A DNA stretch of 64,000 bases from NCBI GenBank assembly GCA_947596085.1, contig CANQEW010000006.1, positions 6,977 to 70,976 on the forward strand, written 5' to 3'. Below the pieces are notes generated by a model. That model worked only from the letters and a program-made list of their open reading frames with translations. It made no database searches and was not told the DNA's origin. The stretch is from an uncultured Clostridia bacterium (GTDB lineage: Bacteria > Bacillota > Clostridia > Christensenellales > Aristaeellaceae). Each line of letters begins with the position of its first letter. Within the stretch, counting starts at the first letter, position 1. This document shows positions 53,796 to 62,510 of this stretch, piece by piece. Both the position numbers and the translations under genes were made by a program.

Positions 53796-54743
53796 TTACA
53801 TATTGAAAAGTTCGTCGTCGCGGTCCTCCTCCGCGCGCTGGGCGAGGGCGATGCTGCGCTGGGCGAGATCCTCCACGGCGCTGTAGCCCATCTGCTTCTG
53901 ACGGAAGTTGCGCGCGGCGACCTCCAGCACCACGGCCAGGTTGCGGCCCGGATGGATGGGCAGCAGCAGCGAGGGAATCTTCACGCCCAGAATCTCGATG
54001 TACTTGTCCTCCATGCCCAGGCGGTCGTACTCCTTGCCGTCCTGCCACAATTCCAGGTGAACGTGCATGTTGATGGTCTTGCGGCGCTGCACCGCGCCCG
54101 CGCCGTAGATGTTCGCCACGTTGATGATGCCCACGCCGCGAATCTCCATGAAGTGGCGCACGCGCTCGGGCGATTCGCCCTCCAGCAGATTTTCGTTCAG
54201 GCGGCGGATCATCACCACATCGTCGGCCACGAGCTGATGCCCGCGCTTGACCAGCTCCAGCGCCGCCTCGCTCTTGCCCACGCCGGAACTGCCGGTAATG
54301 AGCATGCCGGCGCCGAATACGTTCACCAGCACGCCGTGGCGCGTCTCCCGGGGCGCGAGGCAGTTGTTCAGGTAGTGGATCAGCTCCAGCTCGAAGCGGG
54401 TGGTCTGCTTCTCGGTGGAGTAAATCGGGATGCGGTGCGCCGCCGCGAGGATCAGCATCTCGTCGAAGCAGGGAATGCCCCGGCAGATGATGATGCAGGG
54501 CAGCTTGTAGTTGAACAGCTTCGTCAGCCGCGCGCGCCGGGTGCTCTCGTCCAGACTGGAGAGGTAGGTCATCTCCACCAGACCCAGCAGCTGCGGGCGC
54601 TCGTAGGCGAAGAAGTCCCAATAGTCGGCCAGTTGAAGGCCCGGCCGCGTGGAATTGCTCACCTCGATGGGTAAGTATTTCAAATTGGCGTCGTAAATGC
54701 GCTTGAGGCCGAGGGCCTCCACGAAATCCTTCTCGCGGATCAT
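53796..54743 (-). CDS. hprK: HPr kinase/phosphorylase
   Basis: Walker A GSSGVGKSE, plus LVADDVV and EIRGVGIINV signature. Confidence 0.93.
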   Translation of the reverse strand: MIREKDFVEALGLKRIYDANLKYLPIEVSNSTRPGLQLADYWDFFAYERPQLLGLVEMTYLSSLDESTRRARLTKLFNYKLPCIIICRGIPCFDEMLILAAAHRIPIYSTEKQTTRFELELIHYLNNCLAPRETRHGVLVNVFGAGMLITGSSGVGKSEAALELVKRGHQLVADDVVMIRRLNENLLEGESPERVRHFMEIRGVGIINVANIYGAGAVQRRKTINMHVHLELWQDGKEYDRLGMEDKYIEILGVKIPSLLLPIHPGRNLAVVLEVAARNFRQKQMGYSAVEDLAQRSIALAQRAEEDRDDELFNM

Positions 54744-54785
54744 GTCTGCAACCTCCCTGTGGTGCGCCGGTGATGTTCGGTTTCT

Positions 54786-54814
54786 ATTTTAACGTATTTT
54801 GGCCGTGGTTGCAA
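54786..54814 (-). promoter_or_regulatory. Sigma-A-type promoter of hprK-glcK-pepT-dapF
   Basis: Minus strand reads TTGCAA-17 nt-TAAAAT. Confidence 0.55.
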
Positions 54815-54891
54815 GAGAAAAGCGCCGCGAGGAGGTGTTTTTCGTGCCCAGAACGCGGATAATAAGAAAAACGCGAAGGGGGAGAGGCGGA

Positions 54892-56034
54892 ATGGACGAG
54901 CGAAAGCCGCGCTTTTCGCCGCGCAGGGCGCTGTTTTCGGCGGGCTATTACGCGGCGAACGCGGTGTATCAGGGCTATATGAGCCTGTTCTATGCGGGCC
55001 TTGGCTTCAACAGCGCCCAGCTCGGCGGCATCAGCGCGTCCACCGCCGCCGCCGCGCTCGCCGCGCAGCCCGGCTGGGGAATGCTGGGCGACCGCTCGCA
55101 AAGCCGAAGAAAGCTCCTGTGCCGGTTGAGCCTGCTGGCCGCCGCGGCGCTGCCGCTGGCGCTGCTGCGCCGGTCGTTCGCCGCGCAATTGTTCACGGCG
55201 ATGCTGTTCTACGCCTTCTTCTGCGCTCTGCTGCCGCTGGGGGACGCGATTCTGCTGGAGGCGGACGGCGGCGCGTTCGGCGGCTATCGCCTCGCGGGTG
55301 GTGCGAGCTTCGCGCTGAGCGGCGCGGCGGTCGGCGCGTTGCTGGGCAGAACCGGGCCGGAGTACGCGGTTTGGATCGCGGCGGGGCTGCTGCTTCTGAC
55401 GGCCCTGGCGGCGCTGCTGCTGCCCGAATCCCCGGGAAAGCAGCGGAGGGAGCGCGTCGGCATGATGGCGCTTCTGCGCGACAGGGAGCTTTTGCGGATG
55501 CTGCTGTTTCTGCTGCCGGTGCAAACCACGATGGGCTTCTTTTATACCTTCTACGCGCCTTACTTTCAGGAACTGGGCGGAAGCTCCGCGATGCTGGGGC
55601 TGGGCTATCTGCTCTCGTCGTTGAGCGAGGCGCCGTACCTGCTGCTCAGCGGGCGCGTCTACCGCCGCTTCGGCGCGGCGCGGCCGATGTGTGTCTCGGC
55701 GCTGATACTTGCGGCGCGGTGGCTCGCGCTGGGGCTCGCGCCGTCGGCGGGCGTGGCGCTGGCGAGCCAGCTTCTGCACGGCGGCGGCTTCATCGTGATG
55801 TCCGTCTCCATGGCTTACTGGATCGCCGACCGCGTCACGCCGGAGCTGCGCGCGTCGGGTCAGGGTCTGTTGAACATGGTCGCGTTCGGCGCGTCGCGCA
55901 TCGCGGGCAACCTGGGCGGCGGACTGCTGGCGCAGGCCGTGGGCCGGGACCGCGCCTTTCTCGCCGGCGCGGGCGTCTGCGCGCTGGCGTTGTGCGCCTT
56001 CGCGCCGTGGGCGTTTCGCAAAAAGGAGAAATGA
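54892..56034 (+). CDS. MFS-type transporter (12 TM); substrate unknown
   Basis: Hydrophobic 380-aa protein with the MFS loop motif GMLGDRSQSRRK. GGGGGAGAGG RBS before the ATG at 54892. Confidence 0.75.
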   Translation: MDERKPRFSPRRALFSAGYYAANAVYQGYMSLFYAGLGFNSAQLGGISASTAAAALAAQPGWGMLGDRSQSRRKLLCRLSLLAAAALPLALLRRSFAAQLFTAMLFYAFFCALLPLGDAILLEADGGAFGGYRLAGGASFALSGAAVGALLGRTGPEYAVWIAAGLLLLTALAALLLPESPGKQRRERVGMMALLRDRELLRMLLFLLPVQTTMGFFYTFYAPYFQELGGSSAMLGLGYLLSSLSEAPYLLLSGRVYRRFGAARPMCVSALILAARWLALGLAPSAGVALASQLLHGGGFIVMSVSMAYWIADRVTPELRASGQGLLNMVAFGASRIAGNLGGGLLAQAVGRDRAFLAGAGVCALALCAFAPWAFRKKEK

Positions 56035-56064
56035 GGAGGGCTGCCCCTCGCGGGCGGCCCTCCT
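56034..56064. terminator. Hairpin between convergent MFS and amidohydrolase genes
   Basis: AGGAGGGCTGCC-N7-GGCGGCCCTCCT, 12 bp with one G-T pair and no strong T tract. Confidence 0.5.
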
Positions 56065-56075
56065 CGGTCAAAGCG

Positions 56076-57296
56076 TCAATTCGCGGCCTTGGCGCTCTCC
56101 TCCAGCCAGCGCATGGCGATCCACGCGTAGCAGGCGCTGCCGGGAACCAGGGCGGCCTCGTCGAAGCTGGTTTTGGGGTTGTGCAGCGGATAGTTGTGGC
56201 CGTCGGCGGGCTGGCCGGCGGCGAGCGCCAGCATGATGGAGGGCACCTCGTGACTGATGGCCGCGAAATCCTCCGAACCCGTGGAGCGAGACACGGAACT
56301 GCCCGCGATCTGCGCCGCGCCGAACACCTTGCCCGGCCCCAGCAGCTCCTCCACATAGCCCTGCACCTGCGCGCTCATGTTCGCGTCGTTCAGCAGCGTG
56401 GGGCAGGAACCGGCCATGGTCATCTTCGCGCTGGCGCGGAAGGTGGCGGCGGTGCCCTCGCTGATTTCGCCGACCCTGCGGCGGATGCGGTTGAATACCT
56501 CGTCGTCGTAGGCGCGGAAGTTGCCGCGGATCAGCGCGGTGTCCGGGATGACGTTGGCGTTCGCGCCGGAGGAGATCATGCCCAGCGTCAGCGCGGCGCT
56601 CTCGGCGATGCCCAGCTCCCGGGCGTTGATCTCCTGCAGGCCTAGCACGATGTGCGCGGCGACGCTGATGGGATCGACGCCGGTGTTGGGCATCGCGCCG
56701 TGCGCGCCCTTGCCTTGGATGTCGATGCGGAACATGCCCGCCGCCGGGGCGCTGACCCCGGGCGCGGAGATGATGACCGTGCCGGTGGGAATGGGCTGGT
56801 TGGTCATCACGTGGAACATCATCGCGGCGTCCACTTTGGGGTTCTCCAACACACCCGCGTCGATCATGTCCCGCGAGCCCTCGATGGGCTCCTCCGCCGG
56901 CTGGAACATCAGCTTCACCGTGCCGCGCAGCTCCGCCTCGTGGGCTTTCAACAGCCGCGCCGCGGTCAGCAGCATCGCCGTGTGCATGTCGTGGCCGCAG
57001 GCGTGCATCGCGCCCGACGCGCAGGCGTAGGGCAGGCCGGTCTCCTCCCGGATGGGCAGGCCGTCCATGTCCGCGCGCAGCAGGAACACCTTGCCCGGAT
57101 TGCCCAGCGTGCAAACGATGCCGCGCCGTCCGCAGGATTTCGGTTCGAGGCCGATCTCCTCGAGCTTCTTCCACACATAATCATAAGTTTCTTTCAGTTC
57201 AAAGCCGACCTCGGCGCGCTCATGAAGCGCGCGGCGGTCCGCGACGCAGATGGATTCGAGCGCGCGCGCCTCGTTCAATAAAGTTTCGTTGGTCAT
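56076..57296 (-). CDS. M20-family amidohydrolase (N-acyl-amino-acid/hippurate hydrolase type)
   Basis: LRADMDGLP, MHACGHDMH and GTVKLMFQPAEE motifs. GGAGGTG RBS before the ATG at 57296. Confidence 0.88.
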   Translation of the reverse strand: MTNETLLNEARALESICVADRRALHERAEVGFELKETYDYVWKKLEEIGLEPKSCGRRGIVCTLGNPGKVFLLRADMDGLPIREETGLPYACASGAMHACGHDMHTAMLLTAARLLKAHEAELRGTVKLMFQPAEEPIEGSRDMIDAGVLENPKVDAAMMFHVMTNQPIPTGTVIISAPGVSAPAAGMFRIDIQGKGAHGAMPNTGVDPISVAAHIVLGLQEINARELGIAESAALTLGMISSGANANVIPDTALIRGNFRAYDDEVFNRIRRRVGEISEGTAATFRASAKMTMAGSCPTLLNDANMSAQVQGYVEELLGPGKVFGAAQIAGSSVSRSTGSEDFAAISHEVPSIMLALAAGQPADGHNYPLHNPKTSFDEAALVPGSACYAWIAMRWLEESAKAAN

Positions 57297-57330
57297 GATT
57301 TGCACCTCCATACTCCAATTTTTGTAGAAT

Positions 57331-57359
57331 ATTATAGCGCGATTTTGTGGAAATTGCAA
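57331..57359 (-). promoter_or_regulatory. Sigma-A-type promoter for the M20 amidohydrolase gene
   Basis: Minus strand reads TTGCAA-17 nt-TATAAT. Confidence 0.55.
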
Positions 57360-57389
57360 TTTACATGGACTCGTGAATTTTCCACAAAA
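57343..57389. repeat. Perfect 11-nt inverted repeat overlapping the promoter spacer and -35 box
   Basis: TTTTGTGGAAA (57343-57353) and TTTCCACAAAA (57379-57389), 25 nt apart. Confidence 0.6.
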
Positions 57390-57409
57390 CCGGCGGAATC
57401 CGCGCTCCC

Positions 57410-58243
57410 CTAAGCGGATCGCAGCCCGTGCAGGAGTTCGATCTCCCGGCGGTAGCCCTCCAACTCGTTGGGCGTTTCCAGATAGAAGGGCAGATCCCGC
57501 AGCGCGGGATGGTTGACGACGCGGGCGAGCGCGTCGAGCCCGATCTGGCCCTCGCCGATCTTCTCGTGGCGGTCCTTGCGGCTGCCCGGAGGATTCTTGC
57601 TGTCGTTGAGGTGGATCGCGCGCAGGCGGCCGAGGCCGATGATCCTGTCGAACATCTCCAGAACACCGTCCAGATCGTTCACAATGTCGTAGTCCGCGTC
57701 GAACACGTGGCAGGTGTCCAGGCATACGCCGATGCGTTCGGGGCGCTCGACGCGGTCGAGGATCGCGCGCAGTTCCTCGAAGCGCCCGCCCACCTCGCTG
57801 CCCTTGCCGGCCATGGTTTCGAGCAGCACCGTAGTGCCCATGCCGTCGAACATCGCTTCGTTCAGGGATTCGGCGATCCGGGCGACGCCCGCCTCCACGC
57901 CCTGCCCTACGTGGCTGCCGGGGTGCAGGTTGTACATGGCGCCGGGGAAGTGCTCCAGCCGCTCCAGGTCCTCCCGCAGCGCGCGGCGGGCGAATTCCAG
58001 CGTCTGCGGCGCGGCGGCGCAGGGATTGAGCGTGTAGGGCGCGTGGGTGAGCGGGGTCGCGAAGCCGCGCTCCGCGATCAGCGCGGACAGCGCCGCTGCG
58101 TCCCCGGCGTCGAAGGGCTTGACGCTTCCGCCCCGGGGATTGCGCGAGAAGTATTGAAACGTATTCGCGCCGATGGACAGCGCCTCCTCGCCCATGTGCA
58201 GATAGCCCTTGGTCGAGGACAGGTGGCAGCCGATATAGAGCAT
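57410..58243 (-). CDS. nfo: Endonuclease IV (deoxyribonuclease IV)
   Basis: MLYIGCHLS..., NLHPGSH, VLLETMAG, VCLDTCH and HLNDSK metal-ligand motifs. AAGGAGG RBS. Confidence 0.92.
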   Translation of the reverse strand: MLYIGCHLSSTKGYLHMGEEALSIGANTFQYFSRNPRGGSVKPFDAGDAAALSALIAERGFATPLTHAPYTLNPCAAAPQTLEFARRALREDLERLEHFPGAMYNLHPGSHVGQGVEAGVARIAESLNEAMFDGMGTTVLLETMAGKGSEVGGRFEELRAILDRVERPERIGVCLDTCHVFDADYDIVNDLDGVLEMFDRIIGLGRLRAIHLNDSKNPPGSRKDRHEKIGEGQIGLDALARVVNHPALRDLPFYLETPNELEGYRREIELLHGLRSA

Positions 58244-58254
58244 GGGGAACCTCC

Positions 58255-59085
58255 TTATGAATCGCTTTGACAGGCGGGGCAAAACACGCTGCTCCGACCG
58301 CCGATGACGGTGCGGCGAAGCGCTTCCCCGCAGACCGGACAGGGCTCGCCGCCATGTCCGTACACCCGTAAAAACGGCGTGTTGCGGTAGTCCTGCCCGC
58401 GGGCCGCCAGGTATTCTTCCGGAGAAATGGCGTTCTTTTCAGTGAAAAAAACAATTCTCTCTGGAATCGCTCTCGCGAGGCGCGCCCACTCCTCCGCCGT
58501 CAGGTCGCGCGCGGGGCGGGAGGGGCGAATGCGCGCCGCGAACAGAATCTCGTCGGAATAGATGTTGCCGATCCCCGCGACCACGCTCTGATCCAGGAGG
58601 CACTCCTTGACGGATCTCCTTCGCCTTCCGAACGCTTGCATCAGGGTCTCGGCGGACAGCGCGGGATCCGTCGGCTCCATACCCAGCTTCTCCATGCCGC
58701 TGTACGCGTCCGCCTCGCCCGCGCCGATCAGCCAGAAGCGCCCGAAGCGGCGGGGATCGGAAAAGCGAAGCTCCCGGCCATCGTCCATCTGGAAAATCAA
58801 GTGCGTGTGCCTCTCCGCGGGCAGATCGGCGGGGGTCAGGAGCAGGCAGCCGGTCATGCGCAGATGGAGGATGATCCGGTCGCCGCTCGCCAGGCGCAGC
58901 GCGAGAAATTTCCCGCGCCGCTCCACGCGGTCGATCGTCTGCCCCGTGACGCGGGCGCAAAATTCCTCCGCGCCGGGATGGGCGACGATCTCCGGGCGGT
59001 TTGCATCGACGCGCCGGATGGTCAGCCCCCGAATCTGCGGTTCCAGCACCCGCCGGATACTTTCCACTTCCGGAAGTTCAGGCAT
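58255..59085 (-). CDS. mutM: Formamidopyrimidine-DNA glycosylase
   Basis: MPELPEVE N-terminus, H2TH region and C-terminal zinc finger CPVCG...FCPACQ. Confidence 0.93.
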   Translation of the reverse strand: MPELPEVESIRRVLEPQIRGLTIRRVDANRPEIVAHPGAEEFCARVTGQTIDRVERRGKFLALRLASGDRIILHLRMTGCLLLTPADLPAERHTHLIFQMDDGRELRFSDPRRFGRFWLIGAGEADAYSGMEKLGMEPTDPALSAETLMQAFGRRRRSVKECLLDQSVVAGIGNIYSDEILFAARIRPSRPARDLTAEEWARLARAIPERIVFFTEKNAISPEEYLAARGQDYRNTPFLRVYGHGGEPCPVCGEALRRTVIGGRSSVFCPACQSDS

Positions 59086-60250
59086 AATTTTTCACTCTCC
59101 CGATCCTTCGATAAGCCCATTCCAGCATGGCGATGTTCAAGACGGCGAACACGGTCAGGTACAGCGGCATGATCCCAATTCCCACCGCGTGCTGGAGCCT
59201 GCCGAAGATCATGGGCATGAACGTGCTGCCCACATAGGCGGAGGCCATTTGCAGGCCGATGGCCGCCGCACTGTACTTCTTTCCAAAGTTGGCGGGGGCC
59301 ATGTGCTGAATCGCCGGATAGATCGGCCCCATGCCCGTTCCGGCGATCAGGAATCCGATGGCCGCGACGACATAGCCCTTCAGCGGCAGGAAGATGAGGG
59401 CGATTCCCGCGAGCTCCACCGCGACGCCAATGCGGATGAGTCTCCGGTCGCCCAAGCGATTGGATATGAAGCCGGAGATCAGCCGACCCAGCATCAGTCC
59501 GCCGAAGATCAGCGAGCCAAAGGAGGCGATCAATTCGGCGCTCATGCCCTGCCGAGTCCCGGCAAAGTAGCTGGATGTCCATAAAAAGCAGGTGGCCTCG
59601 CCCGCGCAGTAGGCGAAAAACGAAATCAGCGTCAATACTACGCCGGGAACCTTCAGCGTCTCGCCGATTCCGGCGCTCCCCTCGGACTCCTGCGCGTTAC
59701 GTCCCTGGCCGCGCTTCCAGAGCGGGAGAGAGAGGATGCATACGGCCAGTATGCCCATCTGGAGATACGCCGTCCAGCGGTAGCCCTCGTTCCAGCGGGC
59801 GTATTTCAGCGCCAGCGCCATGACGTTGGGGCTGATGACGGCTCCCAGGCCATAGAAGCAGTGCAGAAAGTTCATCACCGACGAGGAATAGTGGCTCGCC
59901 ACGTAGTGGTTGAGGGAGGCGTCCACGCTCCCCGCGCCCAGCCCGTAGGGTATGGCGAAGAGAAACAGCATCCAATACCGCGCCGCGCAGGAGAAGCCCA
60001 GCAGCCCGGCCACGGTCAGGGCGGTCGAACCGATCACGATCCAGCTCGTGGGAAGTTTTTTGATCAGCTTTGGGCTGAGCAGCGCTGACAGTATGGTCAT
60101 GGCGGAGATGGTCATGGAGACGTAGCCGGCGTAGGACGAGGGCACCCCAAAGGCGACCTGCATGGTGGGCCACGCGGACCCCAGCAGCGAATCGGGCAGA
60201 CCGAGGCTGACAAAGGCGAGATAGATGACTGCGATCAGGAGAGATGCCAT
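59078..60250 (-). CDS. MFS-type transporter; substrate unknown
   Basis: 390-aa polytopic protein starting MASLLIAVIYLAFVSLGLPDSLLG. Overlaps the mutM start by 8 nt. Confidence 0.8.
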   Translation of the reverse strand: MASLLIAVIYLAFVSLGLPDSLLGSAWPTMQVAFGVPSSYAGYVSMTISAMTILSALLSPKLIKKLPTSWIVIGSTALTVAGLLGFSCAARYWMLFLFAIPYGLGAGSVDASLNHYVASHYSSSVMNFLHCFYGLGAVISPNVMALALKYARWNEGYRWTAYLQMGILAVCILSLPLWKRGQGRNAQESEGSAGIGETLKVPGVVLTLISFFAYCAGEATCFLWTSSYFAGTRQGMSAELIASFGSLIFGGLMLGRLISGFISNRLGDRRLIRIGVAVELAGIALIFLPLKGYVVAAIGFLIAGTGMGPIYPAIQHMAPANFGKKYSAAAIGLQMASAYVGSTFMPMIFGRLQHAVGIGIMPLYLTVFAVLNIAMLEWAYRRIGRVKNYA

Positions 60251-60391
60251 AGCGGATGCGTCCTTTCTTGTGGATTTTTGATCTTCTGAATTGAAATGGA
60301 TATTCCCTTGCGGCGCATCGAAAGGGCACACCCTTCCGTCGTGGCCGCCGCGCCGCGAACGCCGCTGCGCTTCATGCGGGACTGTCATTCA

Positions 60392-60421
60392 GGGCGGTGG
60401 GGAAACCAGTCCCCGCCGCCC
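60392..60421. terminator. GC-rich hairpin about 95 nt downstream of the PG-binding protein gene
   Basis: GGGCGGTGGGGA-N6-TCCCCGCCGCCC, 12 bp with one G-T pair and no U tract on either strand. Confidence 0.4.
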
Positions 60422-60515
60422 GTTCAAAATCCGCTCCTGAAAGCCCGAAGGGAATTCAGCGCTTCGCGTCATTCCGCTCGCGGGAAAACAGGATTTCACA
60501 TCGACGCGTCCGCGC

Positions 60516-62483
60516 TTAAAACATCGCCATGCGGGCGCTCCTGGGCGGGAACAGCGCTTGGAGCGTCTTGCTCTCGGGTTCTCCGCTCGGATGGGGCAGG
60601 ATGTCGTTGTCGTTCTGGAAGTGCTTCACGGCCAGCCAGGTGGTGTCGTCGTACTTCTTGCTCACTTGCTTCTTCTTCATGTAGCCCAGGTCCACCAGCC
60701 GCTGCTGCAGCACCTTGACGCCGCGCGACAGGTTGAAGGAATCCCAGCCATAGCTGCTCGCGTCCAGATTATTGTTCATCCAGCGCACCATGTCCACCAA
60801 CACGGAGTCGTCCATGCCGTTGGGCAGATCCTGCGTGCCCTCGCGGGAGCTCTTGTTGCCGCTGTCCTTCTTCGGCGGGGTGTACTCGGGCGCGCCCTTG
60901 GCAAAGAGCTTCTTGAGAGTATGCGCGCCAGCGATGCCATCCGCGGAGAGTCCCGCCGCCTTCTGGAAGTTCTGCACGGCGGACTTGGTGGACTTGCCGT
61001 AGATGCCGTCGGCCTTGCCACCGAGCCAGTTGAGCGCCTTCAGACGGGATTGCATCACCGCAACGCGGTAGTTGCGGTCACCGCTCTGGAGCTGCACGTA
61101 GGGGTCATAGTCCGGGATGGAGTTCGGGTCGTCGCGCAGCCGCACCAGCAGATCGTGGGTGACTACGCCGTCCTGGCTCATGCCCAGGTCGCACTGGAGG
61201 AACTTCACGGCGTTGACGGTGTTCGAACCGAAGATGCCGTCGGCCTTGCCGGCGGGATAGCCGTGGTCGTCGAGCAGCTGCTGAAGCTCGAACACGTCGT
61301 CACCGCGGGAGCCCTTCCACAGATCGGGATAATCCTGCTCCGGCGTGGGGTCGGGGGCGGGTTCAGCGGTAGGGGCCTCGGTGGCGGCGAGCAGGGGCGT
61401 GCCATCGATGACCTCGGCGGGCAGCTCCACCGGCTGCACCTGCGCCTCGACGGCGCTGACGAACTCCGCCGTGCCGGACATGCCGCCCTCGTCGTAGATC
61501 AGCAGATCCGGCGCGGAGTAGCACAGCGTGGGCAGCGACACGGAGGAACTGACGTTGGCGAAGCTCTCCAGCACGCCGGAGAGGGCGCTGTAGCGGTAGA
61601 TTTCCCGGCTGGCGCCGATGGCGTAGACCATGCTGGTGCCGTCGGTGACGAGCTGCGGATACATGGCCTCGTTGAAGTTGCCAATCTGACGGGAGCCCTG
61701 TTCGCCGTAGTTGTAGGCCATCAGCATCGCGCCGTTCTCCGTGCCGCGCAGATAGTAGACCATGCCGAAGGCCGCCGCCGCGGCCTGCACGCCCTGATCG
61801 ATGGTCACGAGATCGGTCTGCCCCTTCAGGCGCATCGACAGCGTGCCCGAGCCGTCGAGGATTGTTTCAAAGGCGGCGTAGGCGTCCACCGCATTGGCCG
61901 AAGCCGGGGCGGAGGTAACAACGTTTACCTCGTTGGCCACGCCCGTGCCGGGGTGGTAGAGGAAGACCGAGCCGTCCAGGAACGCGTACACGCCGTCCAC
62001 GCTCTGCGCGAGCGCTTCGATGGGGCTTTCAAACTCCACGGCCTGCTGGAAGCCACCCTGATAGGGCAGGTAGCCCATCAGCGCATTGGCGTTGGATTGA
62101 TCGACGTAGTAGATCACCGCGTCGTTTTCGATGCCCACCGCGTCGCCGATGATCCAGGCGATGGCCCGGGGCGTGGCGTCCTCCTGGGTGAGATTGAGCT
62201 GCCACAGAATCGACGCGCCCTGGGTGAAGGAGTGCTGGTTTTCCTCATCCACGGTGGTGAATACCAGCCGCGTCATGTCGCCGTAGAGCACGGAGCGCAC
62301 CGGCATTTCCAGCAGCGGCGCGATACTGTCCGAGCGGTAGGGATAGTTGTTCCAACCGACGAACACGCTGAAGTCGTTCTCGCGCACGGCGAGCGTCGCG
62401 CCGTCGGCGTGGATCGCGGCCAGCGCCTCTAGCGGACAGATCAACAGCGCCAGAACGAGCAGGGTGGACAAGAATCGTTTCAT
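60516..62483 (-). CDS. Secreted protein: unknown N-terminal domain of about 380 aa plus three C-terminal peptidoglycan-binding repeats
   Basis: Signal peptide MKRFLSTLLVLALLICPLEALA. Three PG_binding_1-like repeats (DDVFELQQLLDDHGY..., VAVMQSRLKALNWL..., VKVLQQRLVDLGYM...). AGGAGG RBS. Confidence 0.75.
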   Translation of the reverse strand: MKRFLSTLLVLALLICPLEALAAIHADGATLAVRENDFSVFVGWNNYPYRSDSIAPLLEMPVRSVLYGDMTRLVFTTVDEENQHSFTQGASILWQLNLTQEDATPRAIAWIIGDAVGIENDAVIYYVDQSNANALMGYLPYQGGFQQAVEFESPIEALAQSVDGVYAFLDGSVFLYHPGTGVANEVNVVTSAPASANAVDAYAAFETILDGSGTLSMRLKGQTDLVTIDQGVQAAAAAFGMVYYLRGTENGAMLMAYNYGEQGSRQIGNFNEAMYPQLVTDGTSMVYAIGASREIYRYSALSGVLESFANVSSSVSLPTLCYSAPDLLIYDEGGMSGTAEFVSAVEAQVQPVELPAEVIDGTPLLAATEAPTAEPAPDPTPEQDYPDLWKGSRGDDVFELQQLLDDHGYPAGKADGIFGSNTVNAVKFLQCDLGMSQDGVVTHDLLVRLRDDPNSIPDYDPYVQLQSGDRNYRVAVMQSRLKALNWLGGKADGIYGKSTKSAVQNFQKAAGLSADGIAGAHTLKKLFAKGAPEYTPPKKDSGNKSSREGTQDLPNGMDDSVLVDMVRWMNNNLDASSYGWDSFNLSRGVKVLQQRLVDLGYMKKKQVSKKYDDTTWLAVKHFQNDNDILPHPSGEPESKTLQALFPPRSARMAMF

Positions 62484-62510
62484 ATGGCGGAACCTCCTCT
62501 GAGATATTTA

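Noticed and set aside
57317-57331. A CodY-box-like sequence, AATTTTTGTAGAATA, near the M20 amidohydrolase transcription start.
   Set aside because: It matches the AATTTTCWGAAAATT consensus at only about 10 of 15 positions and overlaps an AT-rich promoter, where such matches arise by chance.
56076-58454. A 792-aa track ORF that looks like a single large gene.
   Set aside because: Only its C-terminal 406 aa (56076-57296) is a real M20 amidohydrolase with an RBS-linked ATG. Further upstream the frame runs through an intergenic promoter region and then out of frame across nfo (57410-58243), and the translation there is R/P/G-rich.
60251-60515. A ZTP/pfl-like or other riboswitch in the long region upstream of the MFS-fpg-nfo operon (contains ACTGG ... 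CCACCGCCCTG).
   Set aside because: The resemblance to the pfl motif is limited to a few nucleotides, and the gene context (transporter and repair genes) does not fit purine or folate control. The dominant structure is a simple GC hairpin, most likely the terminator of the upstream gene.
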